In this document: one piece after another, positions 10,976-23,233 of the stretch
How positions within the stretch are numbered: position 1 is the first letter of the stretch
Layout: every line of letters starts with the position of its first letter
Assembly (NCBI GenBank): GCA_009103225.1
Contig: RHPI01002090.1
Location: 706,414-770,413 of the forward strand
Direction: 5' to 3'
Source of the DNA: Chlorokybus atmophyticus
Taxonomy: Eukaryota > Plantae > Mesostigma and Chlorokybus algae
Length of the DNA stretch: 64,000 nt
Notes under the pieces: generated by a model
The model's input: the letters and a program-made list of their open reading frames with translations, nothing else
Database searches by the model: none
Told to the model about the DNA's origin: nothing
Translations under genes and position numbers: made by a program

Positions 10976-13134
10976 CTAATGGGGTGGTCTCTTGTGTATG
11001 TGTCGCTCCCTTGGCCGCTGTCTCCTGCGGAGGCCCGCCTCCTTGGCCTGTGCATGGGGGGCAGGGTCTGGGCGGAGATGGCGCTCGGCGAAGCCCTCAG
11101 CGTAGTCCCACAGGGGGTCTCCCAATTGGTTGTTACAATGCATGGGATCCCACTCGTAGCGCATCCACAGCTCGGTTGCCTCCTTTGCAATTCTCTCTCG
11201 CTGCTGTTGTTCTGCTTGCTCTGCTTGCTGTGCTTGTTGCCTTTGCTGTGCTTGCTGCTGCTGTCTCTCCTTCTCTGCGTCCTCCTTGGCTTTAGTCTTG
11301 GCAGCTTTCTCTCTCTCAACCAGCATCTTCTTTAAGGCAGCCTGTTTGTTCTTTGTTTGCACCCTCTCTGCCTTTGCTGCTGCTGCATGCACAGCTTCTT
11401 CCGTTTTTTGCTTGGCAGCCTCCTTGCGTGCTTGCACTGCTGCTGCCTTGTCAACCTTGGCTTGGTCATGTATCTCAATCTCTGCTGCTATCTCGTTGCT
11501 GGTCAGCAGGTGTGCAGTTTTGATGCCACGCTTTTGTTTAGCTAGCGCTTCAGTGTTGGGGCTGCAATCCTCTGTGTTGTTGTTGTTGTCATCCTCCTCA
11601 TCGCCCTTGTCGATCGCCTCCAACAGAGCAGACAGACCAGGAGGTGGTGGTGCCAGCTGCTTGTCTGTGAAGTACTTGTCCAGTGCATGTGTGTTGAGGG
11701 GCCAGAGTCCACATGCCCGGAAGCCCGCGATAATGTTTGCAGGGGACAACCCAGCGTAGTAAGGCTTCACCAGCAGCTTCAGGAACTCCTTCCTACTGAG
11801 GTCAAAGTTGTATCTTGTCTCCTGGCGCAGGCGATACTCCTTCCTATAGGCTTCCTTGAAGACGTGTTGTGTGGGGTGGCAGCACGAGGATGTGAAGGCC
11901 CTTGTCTTATGCATAGCGGATCATGCTGCAGTTGTATCTGCTCACACGTCCGTCCACCACTAACAGTGCAGGGTTGGAAGGGCTAACTCCTCCGGGATAC
12001 CACTTCACCAACTCCCTGATCCACAACTCGAAGATCTCCGTTGTCATCCATGCGTTCTCCTGTGCTGCAAATCTTGCTCCAGGTACATCAAAGTCCTTGG
12101 CATCCACTGTGAGGCGTTGGCCCTTGACAATGACAAGGGGAGGGGCAGCGAGACCAGCTCCGGTGACTGCACACATAAGGGTGATGTGCTCCCTGCTGCC
12201 TGTAGTTGCAGCTTGTGCCCACTTTGCCCCGCTGTGCAAAACATGTAGATTAGTAATGTTGTGTTTGAACGCATGTGTGTGTGCGTGTGTGCGTGTAACC
12301 AATGCATGACCAACTTGTTTACCTTTCGCAGATGATGCGCTGGTTCATGGCCGTATCTGGTTCGATGCCAACTTCATCAGCGCTGATAATCCTATCCAGA
12401 CCAACCCCCAGCTGCTGCACAGTCTCAGCCAGCAGCTGGAAGTAGTGGTACACGACAGGTTTGTTGAGGGAGACTCTTCTGGACTTGTCAAGGGGCGCTG
12501 CCTTCCTGGTGCCCAAACGCTTCCTCCGCTTGAAGCCAGCGAACCACCTCTTCCCAGGTACCCCGCCCTTTAGCAGTTTCGCTCTGTCATCTCCTACTAG
12601 CCTCTTGCCTGCTTCTATACCAATCTTTATCCACGTCATGCCACGACCCCACCCATTACGAGCCTTGACAAACTCTGCTAGGTTAGTCTCCTCAACATCA
12701 TCTAAAGATGGTGGGAGCGCCAGCAAACCTGTATACACATGTCACTAACTAACTTGTCCTGACTTGCTGAACCAGCACAGCAGCACCTACAGCCTCAACT
12801 CACTTGTACTCGAGGATGGTGTGTGGTTGTGCAACGAAGCGACGCATGGTGGTGTCCGGGATGCCAAGGTCCTTGACAGCATCAGCAACATGCATACAGC
12901 CCTGGTTGATGGAGGCTACAGCACGCTGGATGTCCTCCAGCATGCCGCTGTAGTTGTTGTGGCTCCTCTTTCTCTTCTTAGCCAGAGGTGTCTTGGCCTT
13001 GACACGTTTACCCTGAGAGTTGCAGTATCAACAGCATGATGCAACAGGGTGGTCTGAGTGGCCTTGTGCCACAGTGATGACAAAGTTGCTGACAAATGCA
13101 ACACACCCACCCTTTGCGTGCTGCTTTGTACCAT
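10976..13134 (-). pseudogene. Intron-containing pogo-type DDE_1 transposase, disabled
   Basis: MVQSSTQR|GKRVKAK..DIQRAVASINQG..VADAVKDLGIPDTTMRRFV (psq HTH); PGKRWFAGFKRR; IISADEVG; REHITLMCAVTGAG..PPLVIVKG; ENAWMTTEIF; LLVVDG. Premature TAA at 11907-11909. After LPPHTT the QPLD motif is missing and the frame shifts at ~11863. Confidence 0.9.
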
Positions 13135-13808
13135 AGGGTAGGACTTGAGCTGACTAGCTGACCTTGTAGCAGTGTATACAACTTCTTTGCAACACAGCTA
13201 ACGCGTGTACATCTCTCTGACTGCTTTTGTCTCCTCTGCACCAGCACACCTCACTCACACTATCTCACCCCCTCACACCTTAACCTACAGCTAGCAAACA
13301 AATTAAATGCCACCAACACTCAACTAGTGAGTGCTTGAGGCATTGCAAACTGCAACACCTCAAACACAAACACGGAGCCCCAACCAGTTCTAACACTCAC
13401 AAAGGCAACAATCACCAACTTCACTTTTGGGTTGTGTCGTTGCGTTACACCCCAAAAGTGTGAACTTTGTAGCTAGTGCATTTTCGCGTGGAATAGCATG
13501 AAACTTAAGAAATAAGGTCCTATAGCTTATACAAACCCAACAAAAACAATCATCCAATTTGCATATCACATGCCAGAGTTATTAAGTTGCAAACTTCATG
13601 GTGTTACTACACCGTTTGAACCACAAAATTTACCAACTTTAAAAATTTAAAACTCCCACCCCGCTGATCCGTTTGCCATTGTTAAAGGCTCGTTAGACGC
13701 GTATCAATCATACCTGCCTAAACCTATAGTATGGCCGGCAAATACCCCATAGGCCGGTAGATATCAGCTAAAAACGGCTAATCCCCAAATAAGGGGCCGT
13801 TCCCAAAT

Positions 13809-13823
13809 TAGGGGACTTGACCC
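13809..13823. repeat. Right terminal inverted repeat of pogo-like element
   Basis: TAGGGGACTTGACCC, the reverse complement of the left TIR. A subterminal copy of the inner motif (CCCCAAATAAGGGG) lies at ~13784-13797. Confidence 0.92.
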
Positions 13824-13886
13824 TATGAGTGAGTTTACATATACCATTTGTTTGCATATATTTGAGCAACTGCATGACGTGGGGAT

Positions 13887-14820
13887 GTACTTTAACGGGT
13901 GCAAACAGTCGGACCGCCGGAGGGGTTTCATCTTGCAAAAACGGTCGTGTCGATATCGTGCGAAAGGGCGTGGGTCCGAGGGGTTCCCTCTGAGTCGCAG
14001 TGTTTGGGCTTGTCATGCCGTGTGGATTGGCCGGTCCACCGGCGGCGCTAAATGCGCAATTCCGCTAAGACGTGACGCGACCGGACTTGGCGTGTCGGCG
14101 GATGTCGAAGCGGTCCTTGCGAAATGGTGCGGAATTTGGCTCGGTGAAATTGAGTGTGAATGCACTTTATTACAAATATCCGATGGTAACCACGCGATTT
14201 ATCGGCGCTGCTAGCCCAGCCGGTTCGTGGGGTGTCCACGCGGATCTGCTCGGAGGCGCTGGGCCACCGCCTGCTCATGCTGGGCGTCATTGGGTGTTGC
14301 AGGGAGTGGCGGCGGCAACGTTAAAATAAGTTGATTAGCGTATATGGGCGGCGCTGGAGCTGACCAGCCAGTCAGCGCCGGCTCTGGTGGCGCCGTTTGG
14401 GAGAACTAGCTACCAGGCCGTCAGGCCGCCAGGCGCCCTGGCCTGGTCTGGCAAAAGGGTCCAACAGGGTCCGTGTGGACTTGCCGCGATATAATCGTAG
14501 AACAGATATTATCGTGATAAATGCCGCGCTGCCGACTTCCGTCGGCAGCATGCGGACTTTCGAGGAACATCACCGACATTGCAAGACTCGCGACCGAGCC
14601 CGCGACTTAGCAGGCCGGTTGGGTCAGCAAACAATTCGGCGACTCACCTCACTGCCTTGCACGACAAAACGAGAACCACTCGGACTTGACAGGCCACAAT
14701 TCTGGTGGACTCCTCGCGGACTCAACACGACACAACGGGGTCCGCCTCGTCCGCGTTCGCGCAGGACTTGCAAGATGGTTAGCAGTGAAAACCCCCTCGG
14801 GCGGTCCGACTGCAAAGTAC
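13887..14820. mobile_element. Decayed element bounded by degenerate inverted repeats (possible non-autonomous TIR element)
   Basis: CAGTCGGACCGCCGGAGGGGTTTCATCTTGCAA (13906-13938) has an imperfect reverse complement at 14768-14812, and GTACTTT (13887) pairs with AAAGTAC (14814-14820). No TSD or ORF recognised. Confidence 0.45.
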
Positions 14821-16959
14821 TTGATATACATCTACTCACTGCCCAGCCAATAGGAGGCAGGCCGCGCATACTGCCGCGCAGCCGGGCAGTCGCGAGTGGT
14901 GTCAGTCGCGGGTGCCACTCATGGCCCATCACATGGCCCGTGCGTAGGACCTTAAGATGCCGGCCGGCAGGCCGGCCCGACCAAACAGCCGCACCACTAG
15001 TTCCTCAACGGCGAACTGTCGTGTAAGGCCTGTAATGCGCTTTTCATCAAATTCAGTCCGTACCTCCAGTCCCTTGCTACCAAGGACACCCGATTGTGTA
15101 TTTGCATCCACTCAACGATACAAGTTTCAACCGGACTTTGTACATATTGATTTGCATCATGTTACAGCGCATGTAATTGCGTAATAGAAAGTGATTATCC
15201 CTATGTATGACTGATACATGATACACTTATGACAATGGGAGCGTGCGCTTCCACATGTTGATATAAAAATATACACAAATGTCGTAACAGATTGGTGGCT
15301 TGATTGTTATTTTTAACGGCGAACTTGACAATATACGCATGAGCACATATGCCTCATGTATATTATCGTATTTGCATAAAAAATACAGTTCAATGGCTTC
15401 AACTGAGAATCACAAAATGCACATGTACTTGCCGTCGAGCATCCACATCTTGAAGCAAACGTCTTTGCAAAAAAAACTAATTAACCGCATGAGTACTACA
15501 TGTTGCAATTGATAAGTGTGCACGCTCTTCACAAATGCATTAAATATGATTCATATGCAAGAGAAAGATTACAACAACGTTTATGTAAAACTGAATTGAC
15601 GCCTATGATCATCATAAACATGTAACTTTTCTTGCAACATGCTATTAGTGCAGATAAGTCTAAACTGAAGGTTTAAGGGAAACACGCAAGGCCGACGGAT
15701 AAGGTGGATAATGTCGTGTTATTAAAAACCAAAATGATGCTCATGTGCATATCATGCATAAAATCCAGCATTTATCACACAACTCACATCAAGAGTGACT
15801 ATACGGGTCAATTGAGAGCCACAGTAGCGCGCACACATCACACAAAAGGGTTTAATCATCAAAGTAATTTGTTAACAACAAAAACAAACTTATGGGGCTG
15901 GAGCAAACCATATTATGGATGCGTGAAGCCGTTCAGATATTAAGAATCGTACATACTTTAATCAGATTCATGATTTGCATGCACATTATTACGGTTGATG
16001 CTAATCACTTGATTGAATTATCATTGTAGTATAAGTTACAGTATGTGTGTAAATGCATAGCTTATGAAAGCATATTATGTTATCCAACAAGGCATGTGTG
16101 CGTGCGTGTTATCGTACATGTGCCACACGTACGCGGCGTGTGTGCGTGTGTGTGCCTGTGTAAATGCATACGTGAGCTGAGACCAATCCCATTGCATTGC
16201 ACACTACTAACATTGGCCCCAACATCCCTTTATGTGTGTATATGGGGTAGAAAACGGAGGCCCCTAATTTACGCAGATACAAGGCCCTTCCATGTATTTG
16301 TTTCATTCTCGGCAAGAATGACAAAGACAAATTAATGACCACACATTAATCGCTTACGTAGTACATGTTCACAAGTTTCATAAGTAATGCGCTTGCTATG
16401 AGTGCATGATTTGAGGTGCACATAGCGATAATGAAAAAATTCGACAAGTGCACCCACGTCCTAGGCCTGCTCCACACGTACACGTTTACGTTGCAAATGT
16501 TACACGGTGACTGACGAGAGACTGAGGGACTGTTGGATGCCTGACCCTATCTGAACCTAACGAACTTAACGACTTGGGCCATAAAGGGACTGAATAAACT
16601 GCCGGTGCGTATTGTGGACAATAATCAATTGCTGACCGCCGATCGTACAGTACAGTGAACTGTTGCCTACCGGTGATGACGTGACATCAACATATTTTGA
16701 CGGCCGACCGCCGGTCATGCTGCTTCTGTAACGGCGATCTACCTGTAATGGCAATTAAGTGTATATTCAGGCCCCTAATGGCGGCGGTCGATATCGGTGA
16801 GTCGGAGTTGACCCGCGGCAGGCCGGCGGCCGTACATAAGCCGCGGCGGCGACTAACCAACATTGGCAAGCAAGTGACCACACAATCTCAACTAAGTCTC
16901 CTAAGAGGGACGAGCAATGGCGGCGAGTTTCTGTTAGTCCGGTTAGTTATACTCGGCAC

Positions 16960-18090
16960 ACTTAATGGAACAATTGTACCATTGCGATGATACAACAGTC
17001 CCATTAAAGTACCCTATACGGTACTTATCATTCAATGATTCAACGGTGCTGTCGTACCAATTTAGTGGTACGACAGTACTATTGAACTTGAAGGACGTTG
17101 AGCGTTTGAAACGCAGCAGCGTTTCAAACACTGAACGGCTTCATTTATAAAGACAGTTGTGCGGCGGCGGTGGCGGCAGCGACGGCGGCGGCACGGTTGG
17201 TGAGTTTGTGTATATATGTGTACACAGAGTAGTTGAGTTGCATGTGAATGATGGCGTTATGTTAAGTGCAACAGCGCAAACCGCCCTTCTTACAGGCAAG
17301 GTCAGGCGGCGGTGGCGGCGGCATGGTAGGTGAGTTTCTTTGTATGTGTGTGTATGATGCCGTTGTGTTGACGCCCTTGCCGACCAGGCCAAGCGGAGGA
17401 GGAGCGGCGAGGGCGGCGGTGGAGCGGCGGCGCAGGCGCGGAGGAGTGGAGAGTGAAGGAGCGGCGGCTGAGTATAAGGGTAGAGTATATATGGTAGTAT
17501 CAATAGCTCAATGTTGTAGTAGTAGTAGTAGTAGTAGTAGCTCAATGTAGTTTACTTTGTAGCGTAGCAACATGTTACAATGTTTATTGTTATTATATTA
17601 TATATTATATTACATTATATATTTGTTTTTCAGTCAAGTTATTATATTATATATTTGTGACTCGCCGTCTCTCACAGTTGACGACGATCACATGCAGTAC
17701 CTGCTCGTGACTGAATGGTACGGATAGGTATTGGAGACAGTGACGTCAGGTATTTTAAAGGTACCATATGGTACCCCAAAGGTACCTGATAAATGGGTAC
17801 CTTTGAGGTACAGTCGCCGGTACCTAACTGTTGGGTACCGGTTAGTGAGGTCAAGTCCCCTTTGCTTGAGTGATGGGTATTTAACAGGTACCTGTTAGTC
17901 AAGGTCAGTCCCTTTATGAAAACGGCCGCCGACTGATGGTGACGGCCGTTATACTCAGGTCTCTGTATCGAGATTATAGGTGGACTGAGGTACAGTCTAA
18001 ATGAGTAATTTAAGGTGCACGGCCGTTGCCAATATTTCATCGGCCGGCAGGGGAAACAATTTGCGACGTACGGTACGAAGTTACTGTACA
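16960..18090. repeat. GTAC/GGTAC-dense, palindrome-rich non-coding blocks
   Basis: About 11 GGTAC in 17715-18080, including the perfect palindrome GGTACCATATGGTACC (17760-17775) and TGAGGTACAGTC twice. Six GTAC plus an 11-bp hairpin CTGTCGTACCA/TGGTACGACAG in ~16975-17085. Confidence 0.6.
17516..17540. repeat. (GTA)n microsatellite
   Basis: Eight GTA units read directly. Confidence 0.9.
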
Positions 18091-18631
18091 TGTAACAATT
18101 GGGGCCCGACCACTAGGCTATGGTAGTAAAAGACACTACCATGAGTGAGGTCTGTCATAATTTATTCCAATTCGTAACAGTATATTAGTTGTTGTAAGCC
18201 ATGTACAGTTTACCCCTGCAAAGACACTTCGCTCTTAAAGCATAACCCCGCAAACATGATGCATTATAAGAAAGCCAAACGAAATATAGGCAAACATTGG
18301 TGCGTAAAAGTGCTTGAGTGCGAAGAGCATCTCTTTATTTGATGTAATTCTCGCAAGTTTCAGTGCACGATATCAAGGGTCAGGGGACGCGTGATGGGTA
18401 TAACATAAGGCGTGATCGACAACATCAGGGGGGGTAGACTGTACCCGTAAAACTTCATGCAAACACAAGTGTCGCAGCCAGTTCAGCCTGCGACTCGCAA
18501 CTGCACGGCCAGTTGTGCTGGCCGCAAGGATCACCAGTGCCGGTCTGCCACTTGGACGGGTCGTTAGGGTTTGTGACCGAATAGACCATACTGGCCTGTT
18601 GCTCCGGAGCGCTTGCAGCGGCGGCGGCGCC

Positions 18632-19732
18632 ATGGCGGACAGCGACGGTGGCATACAGGCGCTGCTAGCCGCAGAACAGGAGGCGCAGTCCATTGTTGCG
18701 GCCGCGCGCGCAGGTGAGCACTTCTCGTCTCGGTTATGGGTTGATAACCTTGACAATGCACCATTTGTACAATGGCAAAGTACAACCTATGTGATGAGTA
18801 GAAGCACTCACTGAAGGCTCGCCAAGCGGAGTTTGACGGATGTCGCATTACTCACAAAACTAAGCCTACAGCGTGCTTGTCGTCTTGCGGACATCGCTAT
18901 TTGGCGGTGCTGTTTGCCAGAGAGAAAGTTGCTATTCTGCGTGATAGGGATCGATTGACGTTTTACGCACAACTAGAGACTTGCCTTTATTTGGGGCGTT
19001 CACTAGGCCGAAAGTAACGTATTGAGTGCTTGTGTTTCGAAGATGCAGTGAGACGCTTTGAGCGGGACGATGTTTCTTTCTTGGGAATTACGTGCAGCAA
19101 TGTGTAGCAGGGTTCACAATGTCCGTGTATCATTTGTGCTGTGTTGCACAAATGACACACGGACGTCGACACATGTAAGGCCTGTAGTATAGTTTTGATG
19201 TGAGGGGAAACTATGTTCGTCGCACCCAATCATAAAAACCTTTTACTCCTGGTACCAGCCAAGGCATCGCGGTTGAAGCAAGCTCGGGAAGAAGCCGAGG
19301 CGGAGATCGCCGCGTACAGGCAGCAACGTGAGGAGTCTTTCAAGAAGGCCCTTACCGCGGTAATTTAGATTCTGCGAAGTGCTTGTACATGTCTGTTGAG
19401 ATGAGCCTGTCGTGGCGAGAGCTGAAGTTTTGGACAACTTTTAACAACCAACATTCCGTTAACATGTAGCAAACAATGTGTGTGTGTGTGTGCAGTCGTC
19501 TGGTGATGCTGGAAGCACCTTCCAGCGGCTCGAAGTTGAGACCAAGCAGCAGATTGCTGGCATTGATGAGGCCACCAGGAAACTTGCCCCGGAGGTGTGT
19601 CGTTTATATTCAATTGCCTGCATGCAGCCTCGGCCTTTGCATGCAATCCTGCTGCACTTAATGCTAAAATGCCCTCACTGTGGTGTGCAGGTGTCCAACA
19701 TGTTGCTAAAGATGGTGACGACTGTGCAATGA
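18632..19732 (+). CDS. VHA-G: V-type proton ATPase subunit G
   Basis: Exons 18632-18713, 19259-19359, 19496-19594 and 19691-19732 give [68 protein letters not shown], the subunit G signature. All introns are GT-AG. Confidence 0.96.
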
Positions 19733-20557
19733 GTGTGCCTCTATGTACATCAGTAGTGTTGCAGTCACTATTACACGGAAATGTTGGCTTGCCACCATAA
19801 TGCCTGGGGAGCAGCCACTGAATGGGTCCGTGCAGTCTGAGTCCGTGCAGTGTGCATCTTGACTGGCAGATGTGTGCACATGCTTTTTTGGTTGGTATGT
19901 CACGCTCAGGACTGCGAACCGAGTCGACGTCACAAGAGTACAGGATATATGACGTGCTGTTGTGCACACACCACAGTGTTTGCATTCATTGCTTGTCTGT
20001 GTTGTGCAATGCGAACACATGCTGGTCAGAGACGAACTGTTCCACTAAGTTGGGTTAAACTTGCCGGACTGAGAGACAATGTCAGTTGCAGTGGGTGCTG
20101 TGCACTTGCTTTGAGCATTGATGTTGTCAACATGTGACCATCATATAACTCTGGACTACAGTAACCTTTGATGGTTGCCGATTGTTGACTTGTGATCACC
20201 ATCTCAAAGCGGACTACTTTGCAATTTTTGGCATGGCATGGCATGCATATCTGAGCTGCACATGTGCTTGCTATGACTAATGGCCCCTCTATTCTACAGT
20301 TTGTGAGACCACAGTTGTCAACGAATGGTTTGGATGGATATAGCTACCATCTGACTGACACGGACGCATCCGCATGCTAGCATACGCATTCTACGCTGCC
20401 ACAAAACCACAAATATCACACATCCATGCATTCAGGCTATTGCCTAAAACATTGCGCTCGTTTTTTTGGCTAGGTGCAAGCAACGTGCTGACAAACAAAC
20501 AACAATGCGGCAGCTTTCAACACGCAAATTCCGACAGCATGAGTCATGTGCACATTG

Positions 20558-23233
20558 TCACGTTCGCCCATAGTCTTCTACAAGAGTGTTGAGTAGTGAC
20601 ATGCCACTGACCAGCTTGGTCGTGGCAACCACAAAGTCGTGTGACACTGACTCTTGCATACTCCACCAGCGCAGCGCAGACACCTCCGCATATGTGACAC
20701 CACCTACGAACACTACCAACACTCGAGAACGGCGCGAGCTCGCAGCGGGCTGTTGTTGCGAGGCCAATGAGGTGGACGCAGCGTGATCATCCTCGCCAAC
20801 CATCGCATCAAAGTGCGGACCTGGCAGGTTTTTCAAAACATCCTCAATCGGCTTCCACCCTCCAGTGATGGCCTGTTGCACCAATCGTATGCTGAGAGGT
20901 GCGTATCCTGAGTATGTGAAGGCAATGTCAGTTGCCGCTGAATCGTCGTGATCGTCAACCACCAGCTTCATGGCGCGCTTGATCAACGCATACGCGCCTT
21001 TGCCGTCCTGTTTGCGAAGAAGGCCAGCCTTCTCAAGGTTTGTGACGGTGAACAACTTATCAAACCCGTACGCGTGCAGCAGCTCCCGCCGGAAGGCGTC
21101 AAAATGCTTGCGCGGGAGCCCGTTGGAGGTGAGAGAGAGCAGGCATAGCAACCGCAGCACCGCCAGCAAGGGCTCCTGTTTGCACACCATCTCTTCCACG
21201 TACTCGCTGTTGGCGTCAAAATTACGGCCCTCAACCATGGCCTGCTCCATGTTTATCCTAGACAGGAATGCGGGAGCCCGCGTCGCGACCGTTAACTGCT
21301 CGGCAATGCCGATATGTCGCTCAATCTCCGGTAGCGCGTTCAACTTCTTGACAAACTGCTTAATCTCGGCCACCTCCGGTGACAGCCCCTTGTAATCGGA
21401 CCTTATTGTGGTGGCTCTTTCACGCAAGACCGCTCCGACTACGCTGAAATTTTTGTCACGGATTTCCCGGAACAGTTTGTCCGATGAGTTGAGCGGGATT
21501 TTGACCTTCTTCGTGGTGGAGCTTGACGCGGCGCCAGCGGGGTCCTGAACCTTCTGTTCCATCTCTACAGTCCCGTTGTTGATGCGCAGGATCTCGTCGA
21601 TCAGCCCCTCGTACGTGAGTTGCGTGCACATTGGCGTCAACATGTCCACTTCGCGGTCGATGAGCACCATCGTGTCGAACTCGGGTGGCGCGGTCCGGCC
21701 CTTTGTGGATTCCAGCAGCACCTCTCGGCGCATCCTCGCCATGATGTCCGCCACGGCATTCGCGCCTGCTCCCTTTCCCATCACGCGAGGGATGATGCCC
21801 CACGATGCCTGTACACAATGACAGCACTCAGCAGTTCAAAATCACATCATTGTGTTAACTGCTGGTGCTTAACAGCACAGCAGTGCTGCTGGAGTGAAAT
21901 GATGGCTGCTTGCCTGTAGCTTTGTTAGCGCGCGTGCAAGGTAAAACAGCGAGCTGCGGTCCCCATCAACCGCGCACTCTTTGAAGGACATATCCATCTC
22001 CAAGGAAAGCACGTCTTCGTCAAAAGGTATAAACTCCAGCTCGTACTCGCCGATGGTGACGTCCCCCAGCACGCCTCTCTCTTCGAGGATCTTGTACATG
22101 CACACACCGCTGTGTTGTGTGTGTGGGACAAACAGATCCATCCAGCATACAGCATGCACATCGAGTACCTTCTCGCAGACCATTGTTCGGCGCGGCACAA
22201 AGTACAGCGCCGAGTGCTTCGCTGCGTCTGTCTGTGCGTTGTGCTGAAGGTGCTGCGCTATCATGTCCATGTACTGCAGTCTCGGCCGAACCAGGTACAG
22301 TATGTTCTTCACGTCGGTGATGATGGGCTCTGATGACAAGTGGTGCAACTGCACAACTCCATGCTCCTGAGCAGCACAATCAGGGACAACATGAACCTAA
22401 TCATCCTGCGGCAGTGGACAGGTGCATGGGCGTCTAATCTGGGCATACAGGTCACAAACATCGCTTGGTCACCTTGAGCATGGAAGGCTGCGCTATCAAG
22501 GCCAAAGGGCCGCTAAGGTTGGGGTCCAGCACCAACACCTTCTTGCCTCGCATCTCCGGCTGGAGGAGCACATGCATGCAAACGGTGTCAGGCCCAACTA
22601 GATTTCCAACCGACGTCATTTGTGGATACGTAAGAGTACGCTTGCTGTCGCACATTAGCACAATGCATTTGTCATGCAGCGCTTTCGTCCTGCTCTGTTT
22701 TGCAAGTTTGCAAGCTTGTAAGTTGCCAGCACACTGCAATGCGCTGGTATGCAATTTGAGCTCGCCATAACGGCACAATGACTGCTACCACGTGACCAAA
22801 GTTAGTCAAGGCTCTACAGTATGTGCGTTGTTGACGTGCATTATGCTTGTCGCTCAATGACCCTGAGAGTAACGCATTCATGATTGTGCAAGCAGCAACA
22901 GTCGGAACAGCTGTGCGCAGTTGGAGCAACATTGTCGGTGGCAGCAGCATGACTGCCACTACAAGTGTACGCTGTATGACCAGTGTACATTATTATTACT
23001 TCGGCGTTCAAGCAATCTGCTTGGTCGTTTCGACTATACGCAACACAATTGCGTGTCAGCAACAGCCAATCAACCACGTTTGACAGCTGCAGGGCACTAA
23101 CAACTAATGGAACCACCAACACCACTAGTGGTAACAACAACAGAGCGAGATCCCACGCCCAACTCACCGAATCCAGCACGTCTATGAGCTCTTTGCGAGC
23201 CTGCTCGCCGCATGCCTGCGCCAGCGCCATCAT
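20558..23233 (-). CDS. VPS33: Sec1/Munc18-family vacuolar protein sorting protein 33
   Basis: QARKELIDVLDS|MRGKKVLVLDPNLSGPLALIA; LYFVPRRTMVCEK; IPFDEDVLSLE; VLIDREVDMLTPMCTQLTYEGLIDE; YSGYAPLSIRLVQ; LVVFVGGVTYAEVSALR. Stop at 20558. Confidence 0.95.

Larger units (their letters stand above)
10398..13823 (-). mobile_element. Full-length pogo/Tc1-mariner superfamily DNA transposon (~3.4 kb), TA target duplication
   Basis: 15-bp perfect TIR GGGTCAAGTCCCCTA at 10398-10412 with its reverse complement at 13809-13823, flanked by TA (10396-7, 13824-5). Internal psq-HTH, CENP-B HTH and DDE_1 transposase. Confidence 0.92.

Noticed and set aside
10745-11759. Leu/Cys/Ala-rich plus-strand ORFs
   Set aside because: Antisense to the K/E/Q-rich transposase tail.
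14397-15026. 209-aa ORF
   Set aside because: TTG start, Arg/Pro-rich composition typical of GC-rich non-coding DNA, and no motif recognised.
15860-15943. LWGWSKPYYGCVK peptide reminiscent of the Helitron Rep YYG-x-VE motif
   Set aside because: The downstream QxRG..HxH motif is absent and the neighbouring frames give no support.
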